A DNA stretch of 64,000 nucleotides from Lingula anatina. Its lineage: Eukaryota > Animalia > Brachiopoda. A program made the position numbers and the translations under genes. Where the stretch lies: the NCBI GenBank assembly GCA_051362555.1, contig CM120640.1:22554225-22618224 (forward strand), in the 5' to 3' direction. Every line of letters begins with the position of its first letter. Positions within the stretch are counted from its first letter, which is position 1. A model generated the notes under the pieces. That model did not search any database and had not been told where the DNA came from. It saw nothing but the letters and a program-made list of their open reading frames with translations. This document shows, piece after piece, positions 1-13,920 of the stretch.

Positions 1-641
1 ATTCTCTGCAAGATTAAGGTAGGGCCTAAGTCTAAACGCATTTCAGACACATAGAGTACATATTTTTACATATAACACAGCTAATGAAATAGGGAAGTAG
101 CTCAGTCATGGTGGGGAGCATGTTATTTTCTGATCTATAGTCGGTAAATTCGCCTAGCGAAGGCAGTGCATAGTTCATAAAAGGCAGTATAAAGAGCTGT
201 ACAATAAATGAATAAAATTAGAAGATTAATTTTCTTTAAAAAAAGTGGCTCGGGTTTGCAGTTTTACTTTCTGACAAGGAACAGAGGGAAAGAAGGCATA
301 AAAAGTAGCCTAGACGTTCAAAATACCAACCTTCAAAAGAAAAGTTTAATTACTCTCCAAATATTAAACGAAGACGAATTACCCTGCTTGCGCCGTGCTG
401 TTCGCCTAAATTATAAGTTGACTTGAAATTGACAGCATTGTACAAAGGATCTTTCCAAGATCAAGACGGCACTGCTGCCAACGTGAGTTACGCACTGAAT
501 GCAGCCGGGTAGTTTCATCCTCCACCAACCCCGTCAAGGATAAAGTAGACCCCAGGTTAACCTAGCCTGCCTAGCTAAGTATCGTTACCATATCTGACGC
601 ACCTGTCAAATAGATCTTTTTAATCTTTTAATAATCGCGAT

Positions 642-709
642 ATGTTTCAATCTATGGTAGGAAGCTGCGGTGGTGAAGCACATGGAATAGAGGATAATTC
701 AGACGAAAG
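642..709 (+). CDS. Candidate alternative first coding exon of Kv1 (MFQSMVGSCGGEAHGIEDNSDE-R)
   Basis: ATG 642, 22 codons + 2 nt, donor AAG|GTAAGT. Phase 2 matches the internal Kv1 acceptor at 19890/19891. Confidence 0.6.
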
Positions 710-3094
710 GTAAGTTGTATGATATAGTATAAAATGGGCGTATTCAGGCCTTGCCTACGTTAATTGCTGTTTCTTCTGCCAACAGATATTGTAATAGAAT
801 GTAGAATGGATATCTCAATTCATATGCAATGGATATCCAGTCATTCTACTGGCCATAAGGGTCTGTACTGAGTGCAAGACGAACAATAATAATCTGTGAT
901 CTATCTGAATTTGAAAAAACAAATGTATGCATTTGAAATCCATATACCTGCTGCTAACATATCGAGTCCAACGCCATTTTCTTTGTCGGACGGCTATGTG
1001 CATATACGCAAATATTGTTTCTTTCTTCCTTCAGTGCACATTTGTTTTGAAGAAATAGAGAAAAATGACTACCAACTACACAAAAATCTAAAATAATCTA
1101 ATTACTTGCTTAAAAGAATCCTGGCCATCTCTTTAAGATATCAATAAGACGGTCAAATGCAACCTGAGCTGCAGAGCAAGATGTTGATCCATGTTTGTTG
1201 CAGCAAGGGAAATTGTATATTTACTTTAACATTACGTGAACTTGGGTGGAGGGATGATATATGAAGGAATAGTCCTAATGAACACGATGATGACAATAGA
1301 AGTATGCATTTGTTTTACCGTAGTTCCTCTTGCTTTCAAGGTGCGATCACGATACTCGGTGAAAGATGCAAAAGCGAAACATTGTTTTTCTTCTTGTCCT
1401 TTACAGTATATTCAGATGCTAAATGTCGGAATGTAGCCGGTTCTAAAGTCTGAAAATACATGTACATTTTAATGATAAACTATTAAAATATGAGAGATAA
1501 TAGTTAGTGAAATAAAAGGTGAGAGAAAAAGCACATCAAAGTAGAGGAAATAGACGTAAATCACATGCAGTGCAATGCTGTTTCCAAGTCAGCAACTCCA
1601 GGAAACTTCTTGTGCATGGGTCTTGCACACGACAAGATATAAGCACTGAAATTACGGAAAGGGCAGGTCTCAAATGGCAACCTGAAATTGGCAGACTACC
1701 GCACGGTGCGCATTGTTTAAGGTGGTTTTAACGTTCTTTTTATGTCGTCAATGCCCTGGCATCAAGAAAACTAACGAGAAGTAGATTTGCTGAAGGATGA
1801 ATAACTACCGGTAATCATATCATGGTTTACATGGGTATACTGTAGATTGGCGTCCAGGAACATAATTCTAATTATATGAGTGGAACTGCCATATGTCAAC
1901 TACATTCTGTGCCCGAGCTCTGTAATTTGTTTGAGTGAGCCGATGTGCGCGAGTGACGACATTATCCGTGGTCACAACAACACCTGCATTACGAGTTGCT
2001 GGCACGTAGAAAAATCAACGAACCCTCAAGAATTTTTGCTATGTAGCAGTAGGCCTACATCAGACATATAACATTACTATTTTTACTTTTCAAAGTTGAG
2101 AGCCTTAATGTGATTGAACGGGAAATGATGTGACTCCATAATGTACTTGTTGTAGGCCTATTTTCAATGTGAACATAGCGAGTGACATATTTCGGGTGGT
2201 GGAAAGCATGTAACGGTTGGGAATACAATACTTAAAATAGACATCTCGTAGAACATAACTTTGTAATTTTGACACCTGTGCATTATTTGACGAGGTTTTA
2301 TGTAAACAGATATCAAACAAAATGAAGCCAGAGATTCGTTGGTAAGACGGTTTGTCATGTTAATGGGGAGAGGGGACACAAAAATGTGAGCAATTTTCAA
2401 ATCATCATTAGGAAAGAAAAAAATGTATATGAACCTACCAGGGATTTACCTGTTTAATTCAGTACATTGAAATGATTCACGACATTTTACATTGTCGCTC
2501 CCGCAAAATCAAATATTCCTCGGAAAAAACGATGCATTTATCCCACTCGCATATCATGCTCGGCCCGTTCCTGCACTTGGATTCGATGTTTCATGCCATT
2601 TCTACTTTGATTTAGACTGCCATGTATTCCTGTACATTTCAGAAGGAGAAATTGACATCAGCTTCTTTTATTCGACGGAATTTCTTCATTTAAAAGGTCT
2701 GAATGTGCAGCATATGTAAACAGAAAATATTACTTGAAGATAATTTTTAACAAAATCTCCAGAAAAATCAAAGTAAACAAATGGTTTGGCATTTATGGGG
2801 CGAGCAAAAATTAACTGACAACTGTGACTGCAACGAAATGGACCGAGAAATGATCAGGACATCTGTATATAAAAAGAAATTATTGAAAAATGCCCAGATT
2901 CAATGTGTTAGCACACATTTTACGAATATTGCTCAGATCACGCAAAAATTCACCAGGCATCTTTTGTCCAAGCCTTGTCCGGATAATGTGCAAATTGCGT
3001 GACTTGGTCCAGGCTGTCACCTTCGACCTCTCAAACAAACATTTTCAGCAAACGTAATATCTAACTTCTTTTGGACTATTTCATTTGCAAAATT

Positions 3095-3165
3095 ATGTGG
3101 CATCCAACAGTGAGGAGTATAGGGATTTACGCGAGTTCGGAAGATAACGACTCCCTAGATGAAAG
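3095..3165 (+). CDS. Candidate alternative first coding exon of Kv1 (MWHPTVRSIGIYASSEDNDSLDE-R)
   Basis: ATG 3095, 23 codons + 2 nt, donor AAG|GTAAAT, phase 2. Ends like the 642 exon (EDN..DER). GIYASSED resembles GLYGLGED of the Drosophila ShB ball. Confidence 0.6.
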
Positions 3166-4081
3166 GTAAATTAAACTAAGCATTTGTATATCTATTTATT
3201 TTCGAAATAGTTCGAAGCAGAAATATGTCGAGGTAGGGCATGGCCCAAAACACCGGACATCTACGACCAAGTAATCAGTCACATGGGTGGGAGCACGTTT
3301 TAAAAAGGTCAAGATCCGTGTTCTTGCATTTATGTACGGCGAGATTTCCTTTTCTTTTGCATAAGAAGCCTGTTCATTTAGCAAAGAGAAAAATTAAGGT
3401 TTGACCAGAAATTAGAGCCAGTATATAGAAGTTCCAACTCATCTGCCGAGAACGAAAACGCAACCTGATTTAGAGGCAAGACTATGCACAGCGTTTATAC
3501 CCATAGCCCAAATATAGGATGTGTTGGGTAATGATCAGTGTTCAGTAGTTTTTAGACTAGCAATGTAAATATACTTCCTTCTCTTCAAATGACTGCATTC
3601 AAAATTTGTGCGCATCATCTATATCAAAATACCTTGGAAGAAACACTTAAGACAAAATCATGTTGACGATATTTTTCATTTTACAAGTGATTATTTCCAG
3701 ACATTTAACCTTTTTTAAGCATCGATATAAATGTTTCTTCAGCATTTTACCGTTTTTTTACAGTTATTCTCAACTAATTACTTTGTGATTGTGCAGCGTT
3801 CTCTACACCTCGCACCACTAATGCAATGGTCTGCAAGAGGGCAAAACGGTATTGACAGCAAGCTTTATCTGCCTTTTTATAGATGAAATTTGACAACATC
3901 CTAAAATAAAATATAAAGCACAAGGGCATTTGATATCCAAGGTATCATCTGGTGTTGAGAAATCCGGGGGGACGAGGGAGGGGTGATAGTGCGCTTCTAA
4001 AATCTATTATTTTTTTAAGTTAAATAATCCACGGTAAGGGGTGAACAATTTCTCTTGATAAAGCGAACAAAGTCTTCGAAA

Positions 4082-4113
4082 TTTATTTTTTATTCATTGC
4101 AAGTTGCTTTATT
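4082..4113 (-). terminator. Polyadenylation signals of SNRNP70
   Basis: AATAAA on the minus strand (plus TTTATT at 4082, 4089, 4108), about 270 nt past the stop codon. Confidence 0.55.
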
Positions 4114-4375
4114 AAACAATGTAGTTACATTCCCTTTGTTTCAAAATAAAACAAATGACCTTAAAAGATGATTTAAAGCTCAATGTCGCTGTCCATCACA
4201 CGTTTTTTACGATCTCCAAACAATTTCGCTATTTTGATTGGACGAATTTCAAATCTAAATTAAAAATCCAAACATCTGAGAATAAAAGTTCATAACCATC
4301 ACAAATGCACATGAAAATATCAAATAAAAGACATGAAATGTGCTTTAAGTTTAGGCATGATCAGCAACGTTCAAG

Positions 4376-7300
4376 TTAGTTTTCCTCACTGACATCCCCT
4401 GCACCACCATATTCTGTATAGTCCAGAGCTGCTGGTTCAGCTTTTAGCGGCATTGGCTCAGAGCCGTACTCTCCAACAGAACCGTACTCATTGCTATCAT
4501 CATAACTTTGTTGCATCTCTTCCATTGAGCGACTGGATTGATCATATTCTCCGTAGCCATTCTCGCCACCATTCTCTCCATTGCCATATTCCCCTTTATC
4601 CTCGTACTGTTCTGCTTTCATAGCCTCCTGATCACCCGATGCTTCATCCCCTCTTTCACCAGCACGATCTCTGTCTCCACGGTCACGATCACGTTTACGG
4701 TCACGGCTTCTGCTACGGCGGCTTCTTTTCCTATCACGTGACCTACTACGCTTTCTATCACGCGACCTGCTTCGACGACTGCGTTTGTGTGAACGGTCTC
4801 TGGAAGAGCCTCCCTCTTCTTCTGCTACGAAATTAAAAAAAGGAAAGAAAAAAGATTGAGTATTCTTCTGTTATGGAATTTATTAAGATTGAGTAGATCC
4901 AACCAACCAACAATTAAGTATAATATTTTTCATAGCATTTACAACAAGCAAATAATTTATTTTAAATCATATCACAGGCGTCTCTGGTTAAGTGGTTATT
5001 TAATATCAAATCATAAATAAATCTGTCCAGGGAAAAAATATTCTTCATACCTCCTTCAATCTGATCTTCTGGCATCGCATCTCCATCCATGTCTCTCTCT
5101 TTGTCTCTCTCTCCTCTCTCCATGTCCCGGTCCTTATCCCTGTCTCTGTCTCTGTCACGGTCTCTATCCCCACGGTCACGATCACCTCTGTCGCGGCTGC
5201 GTCTGCGGTCCCTGCTGCGAGAACGTCGGCGACGTTCCTTGCTCCTGCTTCTCTTCCTCTCTCTGCTACGACTGCGCTTCTTACTGCGAATACGCTCCCT
5301 ACTTCTGGACCGTTCTGCTTCACGACTGGCACTTCTCCTTCTCCTGAAATGATTTTTTAAAGAAGTCTTCATGAATATTTGCCACAACGATTGATATATC
5401 AGTAAATGAAGTACATAGGATAAAACACACTTCCCAAGTATTTTAAAGGCTAAGATAATTCTCATTGTAAACCAGTAAAAGAATTCTTACCCTTCATTGT
5501 CATCCCTGCCTGAGAATTTAGTGTTCACCTCAGGTCCACCTTTACGTGTGCCTCCTAGCCCACCACCTGCAAACAGTCATAATAAATATTTATACACCAA
5601 TTCTTTTATTAATACATTTTAAATAATGTAGTGTAAAAGAACCAAATCCTTATTATTACTTTTGAAACATTGTCTTATATAAATACATAAATAAATGCAC
5701 TCATTTCCCAGGCAATTTTCATCTTTAAACATACATAAATATGGGAATACAAGTGTATGTATGTATGGTATCTTAAACACACTCGGGTAATATCTAAACA
5801 CCAAGAACATTATCTAGTCTTTTTGTCAGGCAGAATAACTACATAAAAAGAGTTGGTAATCATTTCTTCTTCTGAGACAGATTTTTCTTCAATATCAGTT
5901 AAAACCTACCTAGCCTCCTTGGTCTCCATCCCTTCACAGTTCTCGCCCTCTCCACATCAACCAGTACACGGCGACCATCAATTTTTTTGCCATCTGCATG
6001 CTTGTAGGCAGCTAAACAAAAAACAGCAATAGATGAGAAATAACAAACCACAAAATCAGTGCTTTCTGTGCTATATCAAGTGCAGGATCAATCTGATACC
6101 ACTTGTCTAGTAAGTATGAAGATGCCAAATGGGAAATCATGGCATCAATTTATTAGATAAATAGGGGGTGCCTTAACCCCTGACCTCTGAAAATCAGAGG
6201 CAAGTTTTGATTGATTTCCAGTAAGTTTAAAACAACCAATATGAATAGGAACATCTTTGAAGTGTGTATCAATCATGATCGTGCTCTTGTTTTGTTCAAA
6301 AATCCTATGCTCTTCTTGCACGTCCACAAACATCTAGTTCATTCTTCAGGCAGGGGTAAAACTGTTCTGTCTCAAACTTACCTGAAAGGTCACCAAACAG
6401 GGGCAAAATTGATACCAAATTTGTACATTGACAATAGTTTTCAAAATTCAATTTTGTACCTGTTTGGGAATTTATATATTAAAACATATTATTCTGATAT
6501 AAAAAAAAAAAAGATTTTAAAAAACTTTCTCCCAGCTACAACTTTCTACACACCAAACACTGAAAATGGTCATTAAAGAAATAAAAGTTCCAATTCTTGG
6601 CACCTCAGCTTCCTCCATCTTCATTTCTGCAACTGATGGTCCTCCTCGTCAACCTACCTGGTTACATCAAATCAATGCACTTATATCAAAATAAAGAACT
6701 TACGATGCCTACTTATCTGAAGGGGGTCAGTAGTTGATTCAATTCATTGACTATGGATCATGGTCATCACGAGGCCTGATGTCCACTTCTGTGAAAATCC
6801 CACGTGAACTTACCCGGCCTTACCTGATTGGCTTTTTTTATTAACTTTTTTCTTTTTAATCTATATTATTCAAAATGACTCTATACAAAAACTAAAATCC
6901 AAAATGTCAAAAAAATTTTGTTTCAAATATGAAGGCCAATGCATCTTTGCTTCATGAATTTTCTATATTCAAATCTCCAAAAATATAATTTGACAAAAAT
7001 CCAAAGTAAATTTTTCCCACTGGTTTTATTTATTTAAAGCAAAAAAAATTCCCTGGATTGTTTTATTCTAACAAAAAAAAATTTTTTTTAATTAAAAAAA
7101 AAAAATCTGACTTTTTGAACATTATTTGTATAATTTCAAACCACCTGTTACCTGATTGGTTCCCTACCTACCATGGCCATTTTGAAGAAATTCCTGTTAT
7201 GGACCAGTTGACAGCCAAACCAAACATTTTCATATCAACATTGCAGTCTAGCAAAGTTTTAAAGTTTAAGTTTCATAGCAACCCCATGACCTGTGACATG

Positions 7301-9533
7301 GTGCGGTTGTGAAACTTTTTTTAAGATTTAGAAGTGCAGACCAAAAATTTTGCAAGAGAACTTGAAGAACATCAATTACATATTTTTCCCATTTACAAGG
7401 ATACAGTGGCTTTAGTTATGTTGCAAACCATGCAACATTTTAACCTGACTGTTCAACTTCAAGAGAGATTTTTTCATTTCAAAAGCATGCACCCAACATA
7501 CAAATCCTAAAATCAACTGTTAAATTTGGATAAATCAAAAGCAAATTCTGGAGTCAGGTTTTGTACTATGTGGAAGGTACACGACCCCAAATCTTACCAC
7601 ATATACAAACCTATAAATGGATTCCCACGTTAACTATGAGCAACTTTCAAAAGGATGGGGCCACTTAGACCAAGGACAGCAGAGGTCTGCAGTAACAAAA
7701 ATAACAGAGATTAATAAATATTGGTTCCCAAACATAAAAATGATTTCTGTTGCTCCCATATTATTTTCTCAAAATATTATTAATGATTACAAAAATGTGA
7801 TGTAAATCAAAACAAACACCATAAAAAACCTGGCTTACCACTGTTTCCAATACATTTTACCTGTCTTACCATTTTGGGATAAACATGGAGGGAAAAGGCC
7901 AATGAAAAAAAAAAAGCTGCAAATGACTTGTTATATAATCAAAACTGAATAAATACACCTTTATTTTACTTTAAACACTGGTCTGCTTCTTCAGAGGGCT
8001 GTCCATCACAAACAATGGCTAGATAAATGAGATAATAATACCGTAGCACACCAAATTTAAAGGAAATGAGATAAACACACCTTTGGGCTACTATTCATCA
8101 ATAGTAAAGTAAAGACTATCTGTCAACCAGTGGCCACTAAACTATACAAAATGACTTGAAATAAGGGCTCTTGCTATTCATCAAACTTTTTTAACGCCTG
8201 GTTTAACATCCACTGGATAAAGATGACCATGACATAAGATATCCCACCATTGTGCCTATTTAAACCCTTCACTGGCCCCTACACATAGGGACTGAGCCTG
8301 AGGTCATCAAACTTTCTTACAAAGTTGAGCTTTCAAAGGAGTGTTTAGTATGCAACTGTCACAAAACTAGCATAATGGTGAGACAGAATCGTAGGCCTTC
8401 TGCAGACATTTTCATCAATTCCAATGCCTCTCACAGGTAGGGCAACTTTTTAAATAATTATGCTCATTTTTAAAAAGAAACCAAAATAAGGTGCAGAAAC
8501 AAATAAAGGACATGTCTAGAGAGATAAGACTAATTTGTTGTGGGTGATCACAGAGTGAGAACTTTGTATAAGTATCTAAAGATGTAAGGTGTAAAATAGA
8601 TGTGTGTCACTAGCCATAAGGCAGTTTTTTCTATGAGGGCGTTTTTTTTTTTTCAATAGAATAAATCATAAGGTGTCTTCATTTGCTGTAATCTGTCAGT
8701 GAGTTATCTGTATGGTTATCCCATCTAACCCAATATGGGGCAGGAGTGCTGCAATAGGTTTAGAGTGAGTAAGCATGATGTATATGAAGTCTGTTCTCAT
8801 CCCCTATTTGTTTTCATGTTGTATATCAATTTAATACTGGCATTTCAAAGAAGGGTGTGAAATTGAAATTTTGGTTATGTAGGCCTCATTTGTTTTAATA
8901 CTTACAATGCATGTCTCTCTCATGTTCATACTCAATGAAGGCATAACCTCTGGGTTTTCCAGTGTTTCTGTCCTTGGCCACCGAGATCTGATAAATAAAG
9001 GAAAAATGGTTAGAATGATTCATTCATATCTATCAAACTGGGCTGTTTGTTTTTAGTAAGTCATGTGACCAGCAGTTACACTCATCTTCCTTCCTCAGGT
9101 ATGACCCTGATGGATTAAGATTTGCTCTAAGGTGTTGGAGACACAAAACGACACACACACGTACATACATCAAATATTAGGCCAAGTCTGTACTTTGTTA
9201 AGATGATCTCTTTCTTCTATGTCAAAGTTCCACATCAAAACCACAAAAATTCAGGCAATAACAATGTGAGGACAATCTTTAACAACTTGTAACTTTACAT
9301 TCAATTAAAATTTGCCACCTCAATATCAATGGGGAAAATTTCAGATGCATAATTTCAAATTCATTAAAATTATAATTCTGTGTAACATTGGGGGTGCTTT
9401 TTCTTTATAGAATAGAACTTAAGTTAGTCTGCTTTTGATTTTATTGCTATCTAAAGGAATGTTTCAATTTTAAGAATTTAAGACTTTTAAAAAATTAGTA
9501 TCTTTATCCCCATTAAAAAGCTTGAGTCATTAC

Positions 9534-9564
<31 letters not shown>

Positions 9565-12500
9565 TGGGGGGGGGGGGGGGAGGTTTCAATGATTAAAAGG
9601 ATTAATCTTTTTCCCATTAAACAACTTCAAAGATGTAACGTATAAAAATGCCACAGCAACAATTTTACTCTTATGAATCAATCCTGATGTTGTTCTAACC
9701 TTTCAAACCACCTCAAAATGAAGCACTATATGAAAACATGTTTATGGTCACTGATAGATAATTGATTATACCCTTCCTGATACCTTATTGTATCAGAACT
9801 CAAACAGCAGAATCTGTGTTCTTTGATCCTGCAAGGCCATACAATTTTCCTTGCAAAGAAGCTTTGAAAGCAACATCAAAATAACCTGTTTTTATTTGAA
9901 AGTAACTACATGGATAGGCATGAGCACTCAATGCTCTGTTTGAAAAGGGCAATATCGTCTCAAAACCCTGTTTTCAATGCATCTACCATGTTTCAATTAT
10001 TACAAAATACCTGATGCTGTCAAGATGGCTCGCCTGCTTAGATTAGTTAACACTATCATTACTTCACCATACTATAAATCCACCCAGTTAAAAAAGTTTT
10101 CAATTCTTGTCATAAAATGAGCTTCTGCATGCTCTGTAATTTACCCAGTGTTAAATGCCTCAGTCTTGGAAAGGCACACAGTTATGTTATAAATTTAGAC
10201 CTTCCCTACTACATCTTGTTTGTCAATTAATAAAGCCATCAACTGAAAGATTTTTGGGGACTCTTTTTCAGCATCCAAATATGTAGTTCTTAAAACTGAC
10301 GAAAGGGATTCATACAAGGAAAAAATACTTATTATATCCTGTCCCTCTCTAGAGGTATTTTATCAGGCACTCTTGTGAGTTACTGATATATTGTGCTGAC
10401 ACAGCTAATGTCTTATGTTCCAATTACTGTACCAAAAGACTGATGATCATGAGGGGGGGAGGAAAGTTAATATTATGAAAATGATGGTAACAAAAACCAC
10501 AGTCACCATTAAAAAGTTGACATTTGATCCAGATAAAACAAGTCATGCTTATCTCTGTAATATATGTTGCGTGCAGGTCAAATCTCTGCTAGACCTCATG
10601 ACTTCTAACACTATTTATTCATCAACCTGTCTTCACATTTGTATAAAATTCAAGTTAAAGTAGTCACTTTTAAACCACTATTTTCAGGATGAACAGGTTG
10701 GTTTGTCGATGTAGCAACTGGGTCTGGGACCAGTTTCATGAAGCAATATTTGGCTAATGGTGACCATTACAGAGTTTTTAACTTAGAAAAAAGAAACTAA
10801 ATGTGCATTTAATACAGAGATTAAGCAAATGAACCTCATAGCAAAACAGTCAATTAGCTAAGCATGGCTTCTTGAAACAGGGCTCAGAACTCTGAGAAGG
10901 TAGATCTATTTCTTATTGGGTAAAATACAGGAAGGTGAAATATAACTAATACCACTACTATAACAAATAGTTTATAGATCTCGAAATCAATGTTAAATAA
11001 GTTTTATGCTATTTTTAAGTATACCGATATCTGTCTAGCTTCTTCATATTGCAGTTTCCAATGATGCTGGCCTATTTCTAATAATATATGAATGTAAATA
11101 ACTCGGTTTAAGGTCATTCACAGAAAGTGCACCTGCACATTTGTGATTCTTTTTTTTTAAGATGCTTTATGACCCCATTCCCACAGACACCACTGATCCA
11201 TGTAGAACAATCCATCTCTGCAGGGACTCTCGCTGAATGCAATCCCATTAACAGATTAGTCTACCTCCTCCTGGCCTTGAGTGGAATACAGAAAGTATGT
11301 TGGAAACAAGAGTAGGCACATCAATCTGTTTAAGCTGATTGGATTCAGCAAGAGTCCCCTGGAGTTGGATTGATCGATGTAGACCCATTGTTTCAATGGG
11401 AATGAGGCCTATGACTGTGATTTTAATTTGAAAGAAAAAAAGATGCGTTTACAACTCTAATGCTCTAAACAAAAGAAAAAAGTCTTACAGGAAAAAAAAC
11501 TTTGCAGAGGTTAACAAAGATAACTAACTTTTTCCTTATTTTATGTGAAATAATCCCAGGCTTTAAATGGCAAAAACTTTTATTCAATAAGTATGAAAAA
11601 AAGGACTTCAAAATGTCGATCCCTAGTTTTTTAACTGCAAAAAGCTCCATACGTCATTACTTAATCTGCACTTTAAAAAGATTCACAAACGCAGATCTTA
11701 GCTTTTCCTTTTATAACTTGTTCTTTTTAAATTTGAATAAATGTTTTAGGGTCAAATGTAAGTCATATTAACTTTCCCTTGCATAATTTGAAAACAAATA
11801 TATCAACTGGGTTGACTTGACTTTAAAAACCAGTTACAGTGATTATTAACATGCTGCTTCACTGCACTAAGTAAACATATACAAACATTTAAAAAGTTTA
11901 ATCAAGCGCAATTGTGACAAAGCAGCTCTCATTTGTTGTTGTGTGGGTAAAATATAGAAACTATCAACAACAATTCTTACAATGAGTAATTTTAGAACAA
12001 CATTCTATGTAAAAACTTGGACAAAATGCACTGTTGCATTATTATTGTTTTATATAAAACCTATACAAATAGCAACCTTTGGGCTGCTAGTTTTCTATAC
12101 ATGTAATTGCAGTTGTGCAATTTAACATTACTTCCTTACAAATCATGAACCTAGCATAGCATAATGCCATATTTGAATGAAAATAGAGCAGAAAATTAAA
12201 TGCTTCAGAAGCAGTGAAGCACATCAAACATTTGACACATTCAGTAAGAAAAGTAGGACAACGAAGAAGTATTTTACCTTCTTAACTGGACCATACACTT
12301 CGAATTCCCTCCTCAGCTTGGATTCACTGGTGTCATAGTTCTGAAAGGAAAGAAGGTAAGCTGCACATTTCCATTTGTATGTCTACATAACAGGCAGTCT
12401 CATTCCTTAAAGCAATACAATAACTGGCAGCAGGGTTTCACAACAAGGATTTGACATACCACACCCTTGTTACTGATATCTTAAATAGCATAATTACTCT

Positions 12501-13877
12501 GCCAGGGATAAAATGCATCTCACTTGTACAAAAGATGTGACATTTGAGGCGGTAGAGGTATGATGGAAGTGACATTAAATTCAGACTGATAAACACAATC
12601 TATGTATTCCATCCACCATCCTGTGAATACTGAAAATAGGTAAAAAGAAATGTGCCATTGGTGAAAGATATCATATTTATATTCAAAACAAAGCAAAAAT
12701 GTCTATAAATATAAAACGACTTTTTGATAGTATCCCATTTCATAACTGCAATACTTACAATTCGCGCCACAAATAATGTCTTGAAAGGGTCTTCAGTCCC
12801 ACTTGGAGTGTTTGTTGGATCCCCTGCAAAGAAAAAAACAGAGTACATGAGAAATATGCTGGCTAGATACAATAATTAATTTGCCTATTTATATAGAGAA
12901 CCAATAGAATGCAGCCTTGCAACATATAGCAAATAGCAGCTCAGTGGCAAAACACATGTCAGAATAATACACAAGAGGTCATGGGAATGAAGCCTTTTGT
13001 ACCATCTCCCTAATCCTCTATTTATGGAAGGCTTAGATGCGAATGAAATATCCCTGAACTACAGTCACCAGTATATCCTAAGCTCAAAGACAAATATTGT
13101 ATTTTAAAACATTTGCTCACAGGAGCATGGCTCCTTGTTCCCCTTCGCTTTCTAGTGCTCACAAGCAGCAATGATATATTTTGACTGGAGTGGGGTTCCC
13201 TGACAGGGAAAGAAATATGATGCCAATCTACTAGTTACAGCTTTGTCAGGTATACCAGCAAGATGTACAGGTGAGTTAAACTGTACATTACAGAGCCAAC
13301 ATGGAAGGTAGGGGGGGGGAAGGGTTTTCAAACATGTACATGGCTAACAATTTGTTAAAGTATAATGCCTCTCACTAACTCACAACAAACCTGGCAACAG
13401 CATTTAGGAATGATTGCCTTTCAAGATATATTACTCTTTCGTTTGACCTTAGAATACTTATTGAGGTGGTTGAGTAAATGCCACCGAAAGAGCGATAGAC
13501 AACGAGCTAATAGATGTGTAATGACGTATGCATGTTCATATGTACTCCATATTGTTAACTTAACTGTGATTTTAGGAACAATTAAGACAGCATTGTTGTG
13601 CCTTATCCCTTCTATTATCCAATGTTATGCACGTTTACATCATAACCTTACATCTGGATTTTTAGTTAAATCAAATTACGTTGTGAGCTAAATCCACTCT
13701 GTATCAACACAGCAATAACATAAAAGGAAAGTAGGACCCGTATGTTTAGAACAGGGATCTAGTCTGCTTGTATCTGAATCATTTTGCAATCATCAGCAAT
13801 GCTGTTCTGCTCTCCAGGATATACTCAGACAGATTTGATTTTGCTAGTTGTATTACATATATGAACACCATTATATG

Positions 13878-13920
<43 letters not shown>

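Noticed and set aside
4538-5352. Plus-strand ORFs (4538, 4639, 5089) with SL/RS-like repeats
   Set aside because: Antisense shadows of the SNRNP70 RS/RD coding exons.
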